Part shown: positions 61,338 through 64,000 of the stretch, piece by piece
Layout of the letters: the number at the start of each line of letters is the position of its first letter
How positions within the stretch are numbered: position 1 is the stretch's first letter
From: a bacterium
GTDB lineage: Bacteria > Babelota > Babeliae > Babelales > JABJEI01
NCBI GenBank assembly: GCA_018663245.1
Contig: JABJEI010000014.1
Span: 3,436-67,435 of the forward strand
Reading direction: 5' to 3'
Length of the DNA stretch: 64,000 bases
The notes under the pieces: generated by a model
Databases searched by the model: none
Told to the model about the DNA's origin: nothing
Seen by the model: the letters and a program-made list of their open reading frames with translations, nothing else
Made by a program: the position numbers and the translations under genes

Positions 61338-62543
61338 TTACCAGAAAGAGGCTTTTGTCCATTCAATCGGGTCAATAGGAGTGTTATTAATTCGGCACTC
61401 CCAGTGAAGGTGATATCCTGTGGCGTAACCAGTTTTACCTAGTGTACCTACCGGATTTCCACGTTTGATAGGGTCCCCGACGTTAATGTCGGCAAATTCT
61501 TCGAGATGGCAAAGCATGCTTGTAACACCCCAACCATGATCTATAACAATCGTATTACCCGTCTGCACAAATCGGTCCTTGATTACCACAATGCCATCCT
61601 GCGGCGCCCAAACAACACCTCTTGGTGCATCAACAACATCAACTGCTTTGTGGGCATACAAGCCCTTCTGCTGCGACGTCCTAATCTGACCAAACGGCGT
61701 GGTAATCGCTCTGATGGTTACAGGAGCAAAGAATCTACCTCGCCAAAGTTTTTTGTGCGGTGAGTCTTGTGAAATCTGCACCATTAACTGCTCAAAGCGC
61801 TGTTGAGAAATTCCAACCTTATGCTCATGCTCAACCTTATCTTTGTTCAAGGTGATGTGGCTTTTTTTGAATGGAAAGGCAACAACCTGAAATTTGCTTT
61901 CAAGCCTTATCGTGTTACCAACACCATCCTCAATACCTACACCCAAAAGATATTCGTTTGGTTGTTCTTCACAAAGAATTGGTATGAAGCTCTCATACAC
62001 ACGTGAATTGCGGGCTTCTGGGAAGCATGGATACTCCTGCGAAAACGCACTAACAACCGCAGTCTTGATAGGTTTATTGACCTGGAACTGCAAATGCAGT
62101 GTTTTACCCTGGAAAACTCGAGCATCTGTTTGACTCACAAATGAGGCCTGTAGAGGCTTGTTGTCCGTAAAAAATTCGTAAGTTTTTTGTGAAACATGAC
62201 CATGATAAGTACCGTCGTACAGTTCTACCCTAAGCTTGTGTTGACCATCAGCAAGGGTATGCGCAGGCAACTCAAAGGTATGATCAAACAAACGCTTTGC
62301 TATACGATGTCGATGAACCAATGATTTACCATCAAGCCAAAGTGAAAGTGCTGCAACCTTATAACGGTCTGACCCGTGGATTGTACAACGAACATCTCCA
62401 GCGTAGCAACCGCCCTCTTGCAAACCTTCGATAGAAAACGTTGGTTTACCAGCATCAAAAAAATAAAGATATGAGCGCCAGCCAACAAAGCCAACGACAA
62501 CAGCACACAACAACAGAAAAATGGAACGTAATTTACCAGACAT
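61338..62543 (-). CDS. M23-family peptidoglycan metalloendopeptidase (membrane-anchored)
   Basis: The C-terminal LytM domain reads HKAVDV.., GNTIVIDHGWGVTSMLCHL.., GKTGYATGYHLHWECRINNTPIDP (HxxxD and HxH). Trimmed to ATG 62543 (MSGKLRSIFLLLCAVVVGFVGW); the track start 62633 is possible. Confidence 0.85.
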   Translation of the reverse strand: MSGKLRSIFLLLCAVVVGFVGWRSYLYFFDAGKPTFSIEGLQEGGCYAGDVRCTIHGSDRYKVAALSLWLDGKSLVHRHRIAKRLFDHTFELPAHTLADGQHKLRVELYDGTYHGHVSQKTYEFFTDNKPLQASFVSQTDARVFQGKTLHLQFQVNKPIKTAVVSAFSQEYPCFPEARNSRVYESFIPILCEEQPNEYLLGVGIEDGVGNTIRLESKFQVVAFPFKKSHITLNKDKVEHEHKVGISQQRFEQLMVQISQDSPHKKLWRGRFFAPVTIRAITTPFGQIRTSQQKGLYAHKAVDVVDAPRGVVWAPQDGIVVIKDRFVQTGNTIVIDHGWGVTSMLCHLEEFADINVGDPIKRGNPVGTLGKTGYATGYHLHWECRINNTPIDPIEWTKASFW

Positions 62544-62703
62544 TGAACAAATCCTTACACAGACTTCCCGTGGAATAGCCAGCCTCAAAAGCCATTTGAG
62601 TATAACAATTCCTACGCGCAACGCTACGCTCATGAAAAAAACTATTGCTCAAGGAGTCAACACGCACCTAGAGTGACAATCAAAACCTTAAGGAGAATTA
62701 CGG

Positions 62704-64000
62704 ATGTCAACCATAAAATCGGTTATCGTGGCTACTGTTATGCTGATAGGCGCAACTGGCACCACACTAGCAGACAGTTCCAGCTCGGCTACACCGGCAA
62801 ACGAAAAAAATTATATATCTGGAGGCTACCTGTCAACTAGCGGTGGTCGCCCGATAAAAAGCAGTAATTCTGCATACACTACACCTCCGGCAACTAGCGA
62901 CATGGGCAAGAACTCTGCCATGTCGTTTTTTAGAAAAGGGCTACACAACTTCCCAATTTATCATGAATCAGGATCTTCACTATTCCCTAGTGACAGTGGA
63001 ATCGCAGGGCTTTTTGACACCTTCATCGGCAAACTGAAAACACACGGCACTTTTGTACATTATTTTGAAAAGCTTCAACTGGCTATCCTTTACAAGCTGT
63101 ACGATTACCTAGTCAACCTGTACACCAATCTCAATATCACCTTCAGCAAGGACATTTGGGACCATTTACGTATGGAAGAAGAGTACAACCTAAACACCAA
63201 AACACTCATCGTAAATCATTTACTTGCGCTTGTTTCGGGTCAAATTGACTCATTTATTGCCGGTTCATCCAAAAGTTTACACAAAGCAACGCGCCTGTTT
63301 TCTGGCAAACGCCTGCTTAAGCATGACTACAACAGCTCCTTCAACATATTTGTTTTGCAAAGCGAAAAGGAGTTTGTAGATGCCTACACACAACCAATCA
63401 CAAAGGGCTACCAAAAATCTGTGGCCGCAGGACAAACAACCCCTGATCATGTTGCAAGTTCAATCCAAAAAGCCGCTTCCAACCTCAATGACTTCCGAGT
63501 CCAAAGCCTGGATGTTCTAAAGGCATACCACAACTTCATGCAAGGCTATACTGGAACACTAGTAAGCAAATCAGGTACAACAGAAAAAAATGTTTTTAAA
63601 CAACTTGCAGCAGATGTGCACAAGGCGGTTAGTGGCACAACAAAGCCACAAAGACCGGGAGTTTTTTACTACAGCCAAGAAGCTCTGAGAGCTGTAGAGC
63701 TTATCCCTCGATTATGCGATGACATAACTCCTGACAGCAAAAAAATAGGTTGGCAAAAAAATGTTATTGATGCAGCTAAAAATGACACATTAATAGAAAG
63801 CAAAGATGGCAACATACCGGGCTCGCCAATTGCGTACATGACCGTACAAGACCCAAACAACCCCACAAAACGCATCGTAAAAACCGACACCCAAGACCCA
63901 ACCTCAAAATTGCTCTTAAACATGATTGTAAGCAACGCTGTCCACGTGCAAGAAGTACTAAAAGAGCCCGACTGGCTTAGTTCCAAAGAAGGCACAATCA
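62704..64000 (+). CDS. hypothetical secreted protein (N-terminal 432 codons; continues beyond window)
   Basis: Absent from the ORF track because there is no stop in the window. ATG 62704 lies 8 nt after AAGGAG. I checked the frame codon by codon to nt 64000 and found no stop. The N-terminus MSTIKSVIVATVMLIGATGTTLADSS looks like a signal peptide. Confidence 0.85.
   Translation, partial: MSTIKSVIVATVMLIGATGTTLADSSSSATPANEKNYISGGYLSTSGGRPIKSSNSAYTTPPATSDMGKNSAMSFFRKGLHNFPIYHESGSSLFPSDSGIAGLFDTFIGKLKTHGTFVHYFEKLQLAILYKLYDYLVNLYTNLNITFSKDIWDHLRMEEEYNLNTKTLIVNHLLALVSGQIDSFIAGSSKSLHKATRLFSGKRLLKHDYNSSFNIFVLQSEKEFVDAYTQPITKGYQKSVAAGQTTPDHVASSIQKAASNLNDFRVQSLDVLKAYHNFMQGYTGTLVSKSGTTEKNVFKQLAADVHKAVSGTTKPQRPGVFYYSQEALRAVELIPRLCDDITPDSKKIGWQKNVIDAAKNDTLIESKDGNIPGSPIAYMTVQDPNNPTKRIVKTDTQDPTSKLLLNMIVSNAVHVQEVLKEPDWLSSKEGTI

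Overview
A gene-dense, AT-leaning 64 kb stretch of bacterial chromosome, mostly transcribed on the minus strand. All calls come from reading the sequence and the ORF track; no searches were run.

CORE GENES: a 3'-truncated rph that is missing from the ORF track, rpsO-pnp, and tRNA-Val. Next come the tRNA(Tyr,Gly,Thr,Thr,Trp)-secE-nusG-rplKAJL-rpoBC block, a Bfd-like gene, tsaE, a YacP/NYN gene, an isolated atpG and murA. There is one complete rRNA operon (16S-tRNAIle-tRNAAla-23S-5S) with a near-consensus sigma70 promoter and a terminator. The remainder are gmk, prfB (uninterrupted), two tRNA-Leu genes flanking a HIT gene, trpS, argR plus a polar amino-acid ABC transporter plus arfB, an M23 peptidase, and a second untracked partial ORF at the right edge.

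ACCESSORY CONTENT: several lineage-specific tandem paralog families share one design, a conserved (partly nucleotide-homogenised) N-terminal signal or anchor followed by a divergent body.
- Seven consecutive secreted coiled-coil proteins (48.1-60.3 kb, 141 to 1583 aa) with an almost invariant MKKQLLISLL..GL.G....FAMEGE leader, mosaic module sharing, their own promoters and hairpin terminators. This is my best candidate for an undescribed system, possibly a host-directed effector or surface family.
- A three-gene family with basic NLS-like tracts (33.4-36.2 kb).
- A four-gene family of small membrane proteins, each with a repeated terminator module (36.2-38.8 kb).
- A two-gene secreted family (30.8-32.2 kb).

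OTHER NOTABLE POINTS:
- A ~63-aa insertion with nine Cys (zinc-ribbon-like) in the N-terminus of RpoB.
- GC-rich REP-like palindromic repeats and a 1 kb non-coding repeat mosaic.
- A promoter-plus-terminator-bounded candidate sRNA.
- A conserved tRNA 3' trailer that can pair with the encoded CCA.
- Three EamA transporters, a Sel1-repeat protein and many secreted low-complexity proteins, which suggest a host-associated lifestyle. This is inference only, and taxonomy cannot be assigned without a 16S search.

The ORF track uses ATG, GTG and TTG and takes the longest start, so several starts were trimmed using paralog alignment.
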